A stretch of 64,000 bases of DNA from a virus. Taxonomy: Duplodnaviria; Caudoviricetes. The notes beneath the pieces were generated by a model that made no database searches, had not been told where the DNA came from, and saw only the letters and a list, made by a program, of their open reading frames with translations. The translations under genes were made by a program, and so were the position numbers. The DNA is taken from positions 56,951 to 120,950 of the IMG/VR virus record IMGVR_UViG_3300042306_000967; one strand, 5' to 3'. Positions 39,360 through 49,614 of the stretch are shown here, in pieces; position 1 is the first letter of the stretch; every line of letters starts with the position of its first letter.

Positions 39360-39773
39360 CTATTGATTTATTATATCCCTACGGAAGAACTTTCCCATAA
39401 GGTTTTCGTTTATTGCTTGTTCGTTGGCAAGTACATCGTAATGAAACTGCCATTTAATTTCGTAATATGATAATGATTTCTTTGAGAAACAAAACTGAAT
39501 AATCTCTCTTTCAAAATCACCAGCGTTTCCAGCTTTAACTTCCGATTTAATCCATTCGTTTGATGAATAGTATTTCTCCCAATCAGATGCTTTCTTTACA
39601 ACCCTTCTACGAGTCTTTCCTTTAAGGGGTTTTAATCTTCTGGTTTGAGATAGAGATTTTTTACCTATATAGAATCTACCGGTTGGGGTATGTATCATTT
39701 TATAGACAAACCCAACCGCACCTTCAGGTGTGGTTTCTTCTGTAACAATATTTCCATTAAATTTCCAAGACAT
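39360..39773 (-). CDS. GIY-YIG family endonuclease
   Basis: GFVYKM...RFYIGKK, SDWEKYYSSN, FEREI, conserved E and N. Confidence 0.8.
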   Translation of the reverse strand: MSWKFNGNIVTEETTPEGAVGFVYKMIHTPTGRFYIGKKSLSQTRRLKPLKGKTRRRVVKKASDWEKYYSSNEWIKSEVKAGNAGDFEREIIQFCFSKKSLSYYEIKWQFHYDVLANEQAINENLMGKFFRRDIINQ

Positions 39774-39779
39774 TTTGGA

Positions 39780-40076
39780 TTATCCTTTTTTCACTTTTTT
39801 AGTGTATTCATTATCACCAGGACCGTATCCAGGTATCTTTACTCCAGGTGATGGTTTTGGGTCACTACCTAGTTCACCTTTTCTACCAGATTTTAATTTA
39901 GCATCGGTTAATACCGCAGGGTCAGGATTTCCAAATGTAGGGGTAGGGTTACCTCCAGGAATAGTTCCAGTTGAATATGGAGTTTGGTCTTTTGAAGTAC
40001 GAGCTTTCGCTTTTGTCCAATCGTTTTGTAAGCCACCACCGTTGAAGCTGTTATATAAGTCTACTAATTTTGACAT
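39780..40076 (-). CDS. Hypothetical protein (Gly/Pro-rich, probably virion-associated)
   Basis: 98-aa ORF with late motif 17 nt upstream. Confidence 0.5.
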   Translation of the reverse strand: MSKLVDLYNSFNGGGLQNDWTKAKARTSKDQTPYSTGTIPGGNPTPTFGNPDPAVLTDAKLKSGRKGELGSDPKPSPGVKIPGYGPGDNEYTKKVKKG

Positions 40077-40115
40077 TTTTGTGTTATTTACATATAAATA
40101 TAAAAGAAAACCGAT

Positions 40116-41069
40116 TTAAGTATCAAATCTTACTATAAAGTTTAATGGATAGTCTGGTAACGATTTTATTGGTTTAGGTAACTTCGCTACTGCTATCATA
40201 TTTAATTCATCATCATATAACGCAATTGTTGTAATATATGGTGCTAAATATGAACCAGTTGGGTCTACCGAACCACTATACATATAATCATCAAAACTTC
40301 CAAATACATTCGGATTTAACGAAGATGTAAACGGATATTTTTTACCTCTAACCCATTTAACACCAGGTTCGTAAAAAGAAGATGTAACTAAATCATTAGT
40401 TAAAGTATTTCCAGGTCTATTAATTATTGTTTGAATTTTTTTACCACCATCTTCATAAACTGCTGAAGGATTTTGTGAATAATTAAATTCATTTTCTAAT
40501 ACTGATAAAAATATTTCATTCTCAAATATTGTCTTTGTAGAACGAAAATCCAATCTAAAAGATGATGTAAATGATGAACCGGTTACAATACCATCGGTCA
40601 TTACCACCAATCCTCTATCATAAAATATATTACCTTTTATATTACTAGCAGAATCAATTAAATTAGAATGTCCATCATCGGTATATACTTTAGTTGAACC
40701 AAGTAAATCATCCGTTAATACTACTGAACCAACTTTAATACCTTCTCCATAATATTCTTGAGGAACACAAATAACCGCAATTTCATTTCCAATTACTCTT
40801 TCATCTTTAGAAGCATATGAGTGTCTTAATCCAACTTCATACAATATAGAAGCAGTATCTGCATTTCTATAAAATTGTGATTTTATTGAATAATACAAAC
40901 TTCTTTTTGATATCTCTCCGTTTGTTTTAGGGTCAGTTTCAATATCATATTCGCCACCACTACCAGTTGATGCAAAATAAACCGGAACATCATTCTCGTC
41001 TAAACTCCATTCTTTGTAAACCTTCATTGGTCTTACAATAATGTCCGATTTAGGAATTTCTTTTATCAT
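40116..41069 (-). CDS. Baseplate/tail-collar-like structural protein
   Basis: GNIFYDRGLVV, EFNYSQNPS, YITTIALYDD..NMIAVAKL..PI; paralogous to 41146..42357. Confidence 0.6.
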   Translation of the reverse strand: MIKEIPKSDIIVRPMKVYKEWSLDENDVPVYFASTGSGGEYDIETDPKTNGEISKRSLYYSIKSQFYRNADTASILYEVGLRHSYASKDERVIGNEIAVICVPQEYYGEGIKVGSVVLTDDLLGSTKVYTDDGHSNLIDSASNIKGNIFYDRGLVVMTDGIVTGSSFTSSFRLDFRSTKTIFENEIFLSVLENEFNYSQNPSAVYEDGGKKIQTIINRPGNTLTNDLVTSSFYEPGVKWVRGKKYPFTSSLNPNVFGSFDDYMYSGSVDPTGSYLAPYITTIALYDDELNMIAVAKLPKPIKSLPDYPLNFIVRFDT

Positions 41070-41100
41070 TTATACTAGATTTATTAATAAATATTCTTAT

Positions 41101-41128
41101 AATAAAAAACCCCCTTTCGGGGGTTTTC
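41101..41128 (-). terminator. Rho-independent terminator
   Basis: Minus strand AAAACCCCC-GAAA-GGGGGTTTTTT. Confidence 0.88.
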
Positions 41129-41145
41129 ATATATCATTTATTATA

Positions 41146-42357
41146 TTAGAATGATAATTTAACTTTAATTAATACTTCTTTATCAAATGATTTTACAATT
41201 GGTTGAGAAGTTTTAGCTACTGCAATCATCTCGTTTGAATCGTTATACAAACCTATCGTTGTGATATAAGTTTGTGGGTCTGTTTCAAAAGTGCTTTCAG
41301 TAAAAAATCCGTTTGTATCTACATATGTAGGATTGTTAGAGTAGTTAAATTCTCTATTTGTTGCTCTTACGAAGAAGTGTTGTGTTGATACGTTTTCAGT
41401 TCTTCTAGCATCAAAATCCGCTCCTTTTTTCATTGAGTAATACAATCTTTGATGATTACGTTGTTCAGAAGCCGTTACGTGAGAACCACTCATTCCACCA
41501 ATTAACACACCATTTTCAGTATGGATGTTTCCTAATTTGGTTTGAAGTGCAGTTGGGTTGAATACCATAATACCTCTGTCAGGATAGAATAAACCAAAAC
41601 CTTTACCATTTGCATCGTATTGGTTTGAAATAGTTGCTTCTAATTGAGTACCAACGTTAAGAACTCCTTCTACAATATTGAACACTCTTCCAGCTTTTCC
41701 AAAGTTATCACCAAATTTCTTACCACTATCATCAATAAACGTAAAGTTACCAAGTGAACCAGAAAGGTTTAATTCCCAGTTTCCAGCATCCATAGATTCT
41801 CTAAATCTACTTCTAGCTACGTTTACTACATATATGCTATTTGAATCATCTTCGGTTCCTGATGAATTAGGGAATGAAAATTTAGCATCAGTTGGGTCTA
41901 ATAAAATTGATTTGTATTGTGCGTAAGTTGCTTTCGTTGCTAATGTTGAAGTATTATCAACATCTAACGTAGCAGAACCACTTGCATCTACGTGTCCATA
42001 TGCTATCGCAAATTCAACTTCCGCAGAAGAACTAATTTGTGGGTCATATGAATATACATTATAGTAGTATTTGCCGCTCGTTGCAGCTGCTTGTGTAGAT
42101 GATGTATAGAAATTATTTATTTGTCCTTCATCACTTGTCCATAAACCGGTTGTTACTACTTCAACTTTTGCGTTTACTTTATCAAATTCTCCAAATCTTT
42201 TGTAAATACCAGTTGTAACACCAGCACCTACAGCAATTTGTTGGCCAGCAGGTAACGCAGTGTTTAACAACGCTACAATCTGGTCAGTATCAATAATTCC
42301 CGTATTAGCAAGTGTGGCTAACTGGGCGGTTACATTAGGGTCATTTATTTGTGCCAT
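41146..42357 (-). CDS. Baseplate/tail-collar-like structural protein
   Basis: GLFYPDRGIMV, EFNYSNNPT, YITTIGLYND.NEMIAVAK. Confidence 0.6.
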   Translation of the reverse strand: MAQINDPNVTAQLATLANTGIIDTDQIVALLNTALPAGQQIAVGAGVTTGIYKRFGEFDKVNAKVEVVTTGLWTSDEGQINNFYTSSTQAAATSGKYYYNVYSYDPQISSSAEVEFAIAYGHVDASGSATLDVDNTSTLATKATYAQYKSILLDPTDAKFSFPNSSGTEDDSNSIYVVNVARSRFRESMDAGNWELNLSGSLGNFTFIDDSGKKFGDNFGKAGRVFNIVEGVLNVGTQLEATISNQYDANGKGFGLFYPDRGIMVFNPTALQTKLGNIHTENGVLIGGMSGSHVTASEQRNHQRLYYSMKKGADFDARRTENVSTQHFFVRATNREFNYSNNPTYVDTNGFFTESTFETDPQTYITTIGLYNDSNEMIAVAKTSQPIVKSFDKEVLIKVKLSF

Positions 42358-42371
42358 GTTTATTTATCTTT

Positions 42372-42998
42372 TTATGCTTTGTAAGTTATAGTCACAGGTA
42401 TAGTTTGTGAGCCTCCAGTTTCGTTACCATACACAGTTAATGTTGTTGAAATATCAATTGTCAAGTTTGGATTAGGAGTAAATGTAAATTTCTTACCACT
42501 TACAACTTGAGCAGTTGTTGTTATTTCTTCACCCAAGAATACTGGTACAGTTCCACTTGTTGTTGCCGCTTCAGTTACCGTAATAGTACCAGCTCTTTGG
42601 TCTGCTAATACAACGGTGTAACCTGCATTTGAATTTCCAGCAGGAGATGTTTGTGGAGTTAAACCAGTACCACCTTCATTTTGATTTGAAGCGATTGATG
42701 TAATACCACCAAATTTAACGGTTGGTATTTGTGTTGTTCCTTTTGGTAAAGTAACTAATTTATATCTTAGCACTTGTGTTTCATCAGGAGATGCTTCAGT
42801 AATAGGAATAGCTCTAATTGCTGAATCATAGTAAGATGAACCTCTTGGATGTGCTGGTTCATATAATGTGTAATCAATCTCATCATCACCTAAAGCGAAC
42901 TTTGTAATGTTTAAAGATTGTCCAGATGCTAATTTTTGTCTTCCTTTTTTGGTAAGAATCGCATCTACGGTAATTTCGGTATTATCTAAATATGCCAT
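42372..42998 (-). CDS. Tail-collar fibre anchor-like structural protein
   Basis: AILTKKGRQKLA...ITKFALGD resembles the N-terminal tail-collar (DUF3751-like) domain. Confidence 0.55.
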   Translation of the reverse strand: MAYLDNTEITVDAILTKKGRQKLASGQSLNITKFALGDDEIDYTLYEPAHPRGSSYYDSAIRAIPITEASPDETQVLRYKLVTLPKGTTQIPTVKFGGITSIASNQNEGGTGLTPQTSPAGNSNAGYTVVLADQRAGTITVTEAATTSGTVPVFLGEEITTTAQVVSGKKFTFTPNPNLTIDISTTLTVYGNETGGSQTIPVTITYKA

Positions 42999-43059
42999 TT
43001 GATATTGTTTTTTATGCTTTTATTTCTAAAATAAATATAACCATTTAGTATTTTCATTC

Positions 43060-46000
43060 TTAATCTACAATAAGTATCGGTTCACCACTACCTCTACCGG
43101 TATTTGCAACTTTAAGAACATTTGGATTAGTTGTAAATATTTCTAATGGAGATAATCCATCTGGTGTAGTTGATGCGTTTTGTTGAGAACCTTTCCAAAA
43201 TGAACGTTTCATACCCTCACTAAGTCCATTAACATATCGGTAATGTGTTGGTAGATATCCATTTACAGCCGTCACTTCGGTTACACTTCCACCCACATCT
43301 ACACTTCCGCTAAAAGGTAATACTGTAACTTTGTATTTGTTATTCGTAACCAATACATTCTCATACTTAACTCTTTGTCCTGGTATGTTTGTTGCCGGCC
43401 ATCCTTCAGTTTGTGTTGATACTTTTGTATCATATTGTTCTTTTACCAAGAATACACTCTTTCTATCGCCACCATTTACCGATGAGGTAATATGTGTAGT
43501 AATATAATTTCCAAATACACCATCGAATCCAGGTATAATTGCGTTACCATTTCTAGCATACAATCCAAACCCAACATTTGCCAACGAATCTCTTTCCATT
43601 CCAATTGCTTGGAATTTAAACGAATCAACCTCACCAGTCAATGTTGAACCGGTAGGTATTTGTAATGAAAATTCATACATAGGTACACTACCACTAATCA
43701 CTGTGTCCTGTAAATATTCAATTAATGTATCGTAGTATGCCGGATTTGCATTTAAATCGTAAACCGTAACCGCATCCAATGTACCATCATAATCAGGTCT
43801 TTCCACCGAAAGTACCGTATTACTAATTGCGTTGAGTTCAGTTTCTTTTGGTATAAAATCACTTTCTAATGCAATATCATCATTTGTAGAAATAGATGTA
43901 TCATATGAATTTTTCTCTGCAATTGTTTCTTTCCATCTTGTTTTACTTCTCTCTAATAAGTGAGGTTCAATCAACAATCCTTTTGAAACTTTTGCTCTAG
44001 CAGGTGCTAGTTCAGCAAGAACATCAAATAATGATTTATCTATATATCTTACAAGTTGAATGTACTCATTTATATTTTGATTCATTCTTTCAAAATAGTA
44101 CTCTCTCAACGTTTCTAATTCACTATATGTATCTTTATACTCATCACGTGGGTCTCCTATGTAATTATCAATATTAAAATCACCAAACGTTTTTAAGATG
44201 TCCATATTCAACTCCTTAATTGGAGAGAAGAATAATCCCAAACGATTTGAATCTATTGGAGATTGGTCAAATGCTTTTTTAGTTGCTCTTGTTTTGTATG
44301 ATAAATCGGTAACTAATGAAGCAGATTCAAATCTTATTTTATTTGAATAACCAAAACCTAAAGACGGTACTTCTGCCGTTACAGTTCTATCATACGGAGT
44401 ATATTGATACGGATAAACGGTAGCAGTGTACATCTGACTTGCAGTAGCGTAAGAATTTGCACCATCATAACTTTGATTGATTGCCACATTCTTAATATAC
44501 GGGTCTGCATTTCTATCCTTTGGATATTCAAAATCAAGTCTAAATAATAAATCTTCAGTAGATGCTGTATATGAATTACCATTTGTTGCATCAGGAAATA
44601 AAACGTGATTATTAAATTTACTTCTTTGTAATGGAACTTTCCACAAACGAACTTCATCTACGTTTCCTGTAAATGTGTTACTACCAATTTGTAAATGCGA
44701 ACCACTACTCCATTGTGTATCCGGTGCAAAAATAGACATACTAACCGATGTAATAATTCTGTCACCATTAGATGTTCCCAACCAAACTTCATACCAAGAA
44801 CCAGTTCCTGCACTATTATATCTGTTGATTGCTACATTTGAATAATATTCGGTTGATATAGGGAAATCTAAACTACCAGTTTTATAATCAGGTCCAAACA
44901 CATATTCAATTGATGTATTGAAGTAAGGATAGTTTACACCACTAGTTTCCATATAGGTAGTTAGTGCCTGGTCTCCACCAAAATTTAATTCCAATTTACC
45001 AAATGAACCAGTTGTTTGTACTAAATCCAAAGTCCATTCGCTTCCACTAATAAGTGTTGATGTTGTATTTGGTAAAGAAGCCGGTTTAAATCTAAATTCC
45101 ACACAATTTGGATAGTCTAAACTTCCGGTAAAGAATTTCCAAGGTACTTTTACAGATGCACTTCCACTCAAATAAATTGCAGCGGTTCTATCATCAAATG
45201 TAAATTTGGTACTACCACCTTTTGATGGGTCTTGTGGTCCACCAAATTCCATTATAGTCAACATAGATTGTGGTACACCATAACAAGCCATTACAGCTTT
45301 CATAGCTCTACCAGTTCCTTTATGTTTTAAAATATATGGAAGGTTATTTAATATTCTTCTCCAAATTTCTTCATTAGCAGATTCAAGAGATTTAGAATAT
45401 TTTTGTGTACCATCTTTGTATGTACCAAACGCATATTCCCATAAAAAGTTAGAATTAAACGCCTTTTTAACATCCCATCCATGTGATTCAAGTACAAACT
45501 GAACTACATCATTTGATATTCCCTTATACTCCGAAGCTTCAACTGATTTTGTTTTTGCTAAAGAACTTATATATGACCAAAGTATATCAAAGTGTTGGCC
45601 AATCATATTCAAAAACGTAATAAAATCTTCATTAGCAGTATCTTCTACCAAAAATTCTGGTATATTTGCCGTAAGACGATTTGGGTTGTATTTGTCAAAA
45701 TATAACGCCTGGGATAATAATTCATCATACCACATCGTAACTAAAGAAGATGTAGTATTAATTAATATAGATGATGATGGATTTGTTTTAGGATATGCTA
45801 AATTATTTGAATTAGTATTTGTAGTATAATACAAATATTTTTCAAACCCATCCATCGCATTAATAAGTTGATTAGCTTTATTAAGCGATGTATTTGCTTC
45901 ATTTAATTCATATGGAGAAGCCGAAGCAGTTGACGTATTAGTAAAATATATATTTTTATAATATTCTACCAATCTAACTTTATATATAAAATTATCTACT

Positions 46001-48171
46001 CTTTCCGTTGCGGAACTAAAATTAATAAAATTACCAAATGTGTATTCAGACCCACTTATATATTCAATATTTAATTTTTGTGTATCAATACCAATCGTAG
46101 ATGCATATCTATTAATAACATCTACGGATGAAACGGAACCACTACCCACCAAATCATCATAAATTTGAAACTCTATACCATTATCAGGATTTAATGAAAA
46201 GTTTGGTCCTTTTAAAGTATTACAAGCGGTTTCAGTTTCACCTCTTAAACTTATTGTTTCAATTATTGGAGTTGATTGTACTTTGGAAATCCATACTAAT
46301 TGATTAGGTTGTACAGTAACTGGTAATGGTTCGTATAATTTTAATATAAGTGAATCAAAACTACCAGTCCATGTAGTAACAACTTTACTATCACCATCGC
46401 CTAAATGTAATAAATGGTTTAAGTATTTAGAAGATTCATCTCCAAAAATAGATTCATCAAATTGTGACGTAAATGCCGATGCAATTCTATTAATTGCAAG
46501 TTCTTTTGGTATTGTTAAATCACCAGCTCTAAATGTAACCGTTATTAATTCTTCTTTACCAACAATTTCTTTATTACCACTATTGTTGTACGGAACTAAT
46601 TTTAAATTTAGCTTAATAACATCATTCGGGCCAGTATAAGAACTAAATTGTAATAATTTTTGTACATTTAATGTAATTCTAGCATTTGGTCCTTCTTGAT
46701 AAAACCCTGCCGAATTATTTACAAATATTTTTACAAAATCCGTATCTCTTGATTTGTATGATATTTCAAAATCAACATCAGTACCAACGTAATCTCCACC
46801 TATTAATTCTTTTGGATATGTAATTGATTCTATATCAGGAACACCAACAAAAAATTCGTCAACAACTGAAAGTTTGAATTCAATCGGTGGCAGTTCTATA
46901 CCTGCATTTTTACCAACTAGATAAATTTTATAATTACCCAAAGAATCAAATGCAGTTTTAGGAATACTGATTACGGTTGGAGGTCTTTCAGTTTGATTTG
47001 CAACTATCCCACCTATCGCGGCACCTACCGCGTTATTTATAGTTGAGTTTATGTCAAAATTAAAAGTTTTATCCTTTACATATGCTACAATCTGATTAAT
47101 ATTATCGGTAACCAATATAATAGGATAATCTTCCTGTGAATTTCTATTGTATTTTCTATTTTCATCAGGAGTTAATAATCTTATTACAGGGTTTGAGGCC
47201 TGCTGTACGATAGTAATATTTTCACTTTCAATATCAATTACAGTATTATTGTCTACTGTATATTCTGAAAATAAAGTATCGGTATTTAATGCTTCTAATA
47301 CTCTAGGTTTTAATCCTTGAGAAGTTGCAGTTATTTTTGATATTTTATAAAGATTATTGTTTACAGAAACAATTTGTAAATTCGTACCAGTTTCTACTAT
47401 AAACGTAGTTACTTCGTTTGTAAGTTTAATATTTTCAGAAGTATTTACGTTTGTTAAATTTACAGAATTGTTTGGTCCTTTTAAATTTATTGTTACGTTA
47501 TAGGTAGAAACTTCTGGAACTATAATTTTAGCATTATCTTTTGGATTTTGCTTTTTAAGTTCAAATAACAGTTCTTTTATATCATTCGGAGAATCCGATG
47601 CATCGGTTGATACAACTTCACCATTTATAACTCTTTCAATTCTAAAAACATATGGAGTTGATTTTGTAAATATTTTTTGTTCAGGTTGTAATCCCAAAAC
47701 TCCATCATAATTTGTAATAGTATTTCTATAATTACTAAATCCATCATCAATAAAATTAGGATTTTGAACTATTGATATATTATATTGCTCGTTTGATTCA
47801 TATCCTTCTTTGGTTAATGAAATAGTTTTTGTTCCAACGCCAATTATATCTGATATTGAGAATACAAATTTAGTAGGTGTTGTTCTATATGAAGGTTGTC
47901 CATCTATGTTTACAAGACACTTATCAGCATTTGCATTAATATTAATAGCTAAAAATCCATCCTGATTAATTGTACCCGCATAATCATAATCTTTTTTTAT
48001 AGGTATGATTACATTTTCACTTTTAATAATACCAATATCGCCACCAGGCAAAATAACACCATCAACAGGACTTACATTTTCAATATTAGAAAGTAAATTC
48101 TGTCTTAATGAATCCTGACTATTTTTATTTAATTCAGAATCAAATGGTTGGTCTTGTGTAAATCTAGGCAT
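43060..48171 (-). CDS. Large baseplate wedge protein (gp7/P2 gpI-like) with LamG-like domain
   Basis: FLNMIGQHFD...RILNNLPYILKHKGT.RA.KA...CYG (gpI-like); VEFRFK...FTGNVDEVRLW (LamG-like); downstream of gp6. Confidence 0.65.
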   Translation of the reverse strand: MPRFTQDQPFDSELNKNSQDSLRQNLLSNIENVSPVDGVILPGGDIGIIKSENVIIPIKKDYDYAGTINQDGFLAININANADKCLVNIDGQPSYRTTPTKFVFSISDIIGVGTKTISLTKEGYESNEQYNISIVQNPNFIDDGFSNYRNTITNYDGVLGLQPEQKIFTKSTPYVFRIERVINGEVVSTDASDSPNDIKELLFELKKQNPKDNAKIIVPEVSTYNVTINLKGPNNSVNLTNVNTSENIKLTNEVTTFIVETGTNLQIVSVNNNLYKISKITATSQGLKPRVLEALNTDTLFSEYTVDNNTVIDIESENITIVQQASNPVIRLLTPDENRKYNRNSQEDYPIILVTDNINQIVAYVKDKTFNFDINSTINNAVGAAIGGIVANQTERPPTVISIPKTAFDSLGNYKIYLVGKNAGIELPPIEFKLSVVDEFFVGVPDIESITYPKELIGGDYVGTDVDFEISYKSRDTDFVKIFVNNSAGFYQEGPNARITLNVQKLLQFSSYTGPNDVIKLNLKLVPYNNSGNKEIVGKEELITVTFRAGDLTIPKELAINRIASAFTSQFDESIFGDESSKYLNHLLHLGDGDSKVVTTWTGSFDSLILKLYEPLPVTVQPNQLVWISKVQSTPIIETISLRGETETACNTLKGPNFSLNPDNGIEFQIYDDLVGSGSVSSVDVINRYASTIGIDTQKLNIEYISGSEYTFGNFINFSSATERVDNFIYKVRLVEYYKNIYFTNTSTASASPYELNEANTSLNKANQLINAMDGFEKYLYYTTNTNSNNLAYPKTNPSSSILINTTSSLVTMWYDELLSQALYFDKYNPNRLTANIPEFLVEDTANEDFITFLNMIGQHFDILWSYISSLAKTKSVEASEYKGISNDVVQFVLESHGWDVKKAFNSNFLWEYAFGTYKDGTQKYSKSLESANEEIWRRILNNLPYILKHKGTGRAMKAVMACYGVPQSMLTIMEFGGPQDPSKGGSTKFTFDDRTAAIYLSGSASVKVPWKFFTGSLDYPNCVEFRFKPASLPNTTSTLISGSEWTLDLVQTTGSFGKLELNFGGDQALTTYMETSGVNYPYFNTSIEYVFGPDYKTGSLDFPISTEYYSNVAINRYNSAGTGSWYEVWLGTSNGDRIITSVSMSIFAPDTQWSSGSHLQIGSNTFTGNVDEVRLWKVPLQRSKFNNHVLFPDATNGNSYTASTEDLLFRLDFEYPKDRNADPYIKNVAINQSYDGANSYATASQMYTATVYPYQYTPYDRTVTAEVPSLGFGYSNKIRFESASLVTDLSYKTRATKKAFDQSPIDSNRLGLFFSPIKELNMDILKTFGDFNIDNYIGDPRDEYKDTYSELETLREYYFERMNQNINEYIQLVRYIDKSLFDVLAELAPARAKVSKGLLIEPHLLERSKTRWKETIAEKNSYDTSISTNDDIALESDFIPKETELNAISNTVLSVERPDYDGTLDAVTVYDLNANPAYYDTLIEYLQDTVISGSVPMYEFSLQIPTGSTLTGEVDSFKFQAIGMERDSLANVGFGLYARNGNAIIPGFDGVFGNYITTHITSSVNGGDRKSVFLVKEQYDTKVSTQTEGWPATNIPGQRVKYENVLVTNNKYKVTVLPFSGSVDVGGSVTEVTAVNGYLPTHYRYVNGLSEGMKRSFWKGSQQNASTTPDGLSPLEIFTTNPNVLKVANTGRGSGEPILIVD

Positions 48172-48180
48172 CTTTTATAA

Positions 48181-49614
48181 TTATAGCTCTGATAAATTAT
48201 TCGGTGTATTATTTGTAACCATTGTTGCTGCATCCGATACATTTCCGGTGCCCATATTTCCTAAAACTACACCTCTTCCTTTAATTCCAAACATACCTCT
48301 AGCTCTCGAAGGTGTATTAACACTACCATCACCACTACCCAATAGCTTTTTAGTTAAACTTTCAGCGGGTGTAGATGGAGTATCCGTATTTTTTCTTTTT
48401 TTAAATAACTTACCAGCGTTTTGTATTTTTTCACCTTTTTTCATTCTAAGCTTCGCAAATAAACCTCTCGGCTTACCCACTTCAAATGCAGTTTCGGTTT
48501 CTAAAACAGATGGACTAGTTAATGGTAAATTCATATCGACATCTGGTAAAATAACTTGCGTTGGAGCCAATACTTCTTTTGCTTTTACTTCGGCTGTAAT
48601 TGCATTTTGTAAAACCGAAGGTATTTTTGTTTTAATAATAGTTGCCTCTTTTATTAATGGTGGATTTGTCATAATATCTAAATCCGATGTTTTTGTTTCT
48701 AAAATACGTTCCGGAGCATCATAACTTTCAAATGTATCATTAGATTTTGAACCAAATTTTACAACAGGATTCAATAAAAATTTATTTATAACCTGTATTA
48801 ATATTTTTTCACATTTGTCTTTAACGTATTCTTTTGATAATTGAATAGATTCTGGAGTATTTTTCTTCTTTCCGTAATTCAAATCATTTATATCGGAAAT
48901 TCTATTTGTAAATTCATATATCGTTGCTTCAACAAATTTGTTATACATAGTTGTTGCAAATGAATCAAATTGTTTAATCTGATATTCACTTAATAATAAA
49001 TTAAACCAACTTTCCGAAAAGTTTGTTTTTAAATAAGATGCTATATAATTTGGACTAATCTTTTCAACAAATGAAATTGCATATCTAACAACATCTTCTC
49101 TGAATGAACCGTCATTTATAAAAATACCATAACGCGTTTTTAATTCAGGATTTAATTTACTCCCTTCACTATGTGGGAACAATCTTATTTCAGTTCTGGA
49201 TGGTGATATTTCTGAAATCCATAATTTATCAAACATACCCTCACTACCCACTCTTTTATTTAATAGTGTAATTTGAATTTTAAAAATACCATTGTTATAT
49301 CCGGCCTCATTTATAAGTCTTTCCGCATCAATAAAATATTCAGTTGGAAATTGATATTTTTGAAAAATAGTTCCCTCTGCTACTAAAAAGTAATCTCTTA
49401 TATTTTCGGAAGTTAGTGGCAAATATCTTACCAATCCATAGTTTTGTTGTGGTAGTTGATTATCGTTTGCATCGTATAAAACAAATTCAATACAATCGGT
49501 TTTACTAAATCCAAAAAACGATTGTATATTACCCGATTCAAATAACATTCTATCATCGGTGTTTATACGATACCCCTTACTATCAATAATATCCTTAAAT
49601 GATTTTATTGCCAT
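48181..49614 (-). CDS. Baseplate-region structural protein
   Basis: In the baseplate operon; LWISEISPSRTEIRL conserved-looking core with a basic disordered tail. Confidence 0.5.
   Translation of the reverse strand: MAIKSFKDIIDSKGYRINTDDRMLFESGNIQSFFGFSKTDCIEFVLYDANDNQLPQQNYGLVRYLPLTSENIRDYFLVAEGTIFQKYQFPTEYFIDAERLINEAGYNNGIFKIQITLLNKRVGSEGMFDKLWISEISPSRTEIRLFPHSEGSKLNPELKTRYGIFINDGSFREDVVRYAISFVEKISPNYIASYLKTNFSESWFNLLLSEYQIKQFDSFATTMYNKFVEATIYEFTNRISDINDLNYGKKKNTPESIQLSKEYVKDKCEKILIQVINKFLLNPVVKFGSKSNDTFESYDAPERILETKTSDLDIMTNPPLIKEATIIKTKIPSVLQNAITAEVKAKEVLAPTQVILPDVDMNLPLTSPSVLETETAFEVGKPRGLFAKLRMKKGEKIQNAGKLFKKRKNTDTPSTPAESLTKKLLGSGDGSVNTPSRARGMFGIKGRGVVLGNMGTGNVSDAATMVTNNTPNNLSEL

Noticed and set aside
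39360-39773. GIY-YIG gene as a mobile homing endonuclease or intron
   Set aside because: Short stand-alone catalytic domain without DNA-binding extensions; it interrupts no gene and no intron-like flanks were seen.
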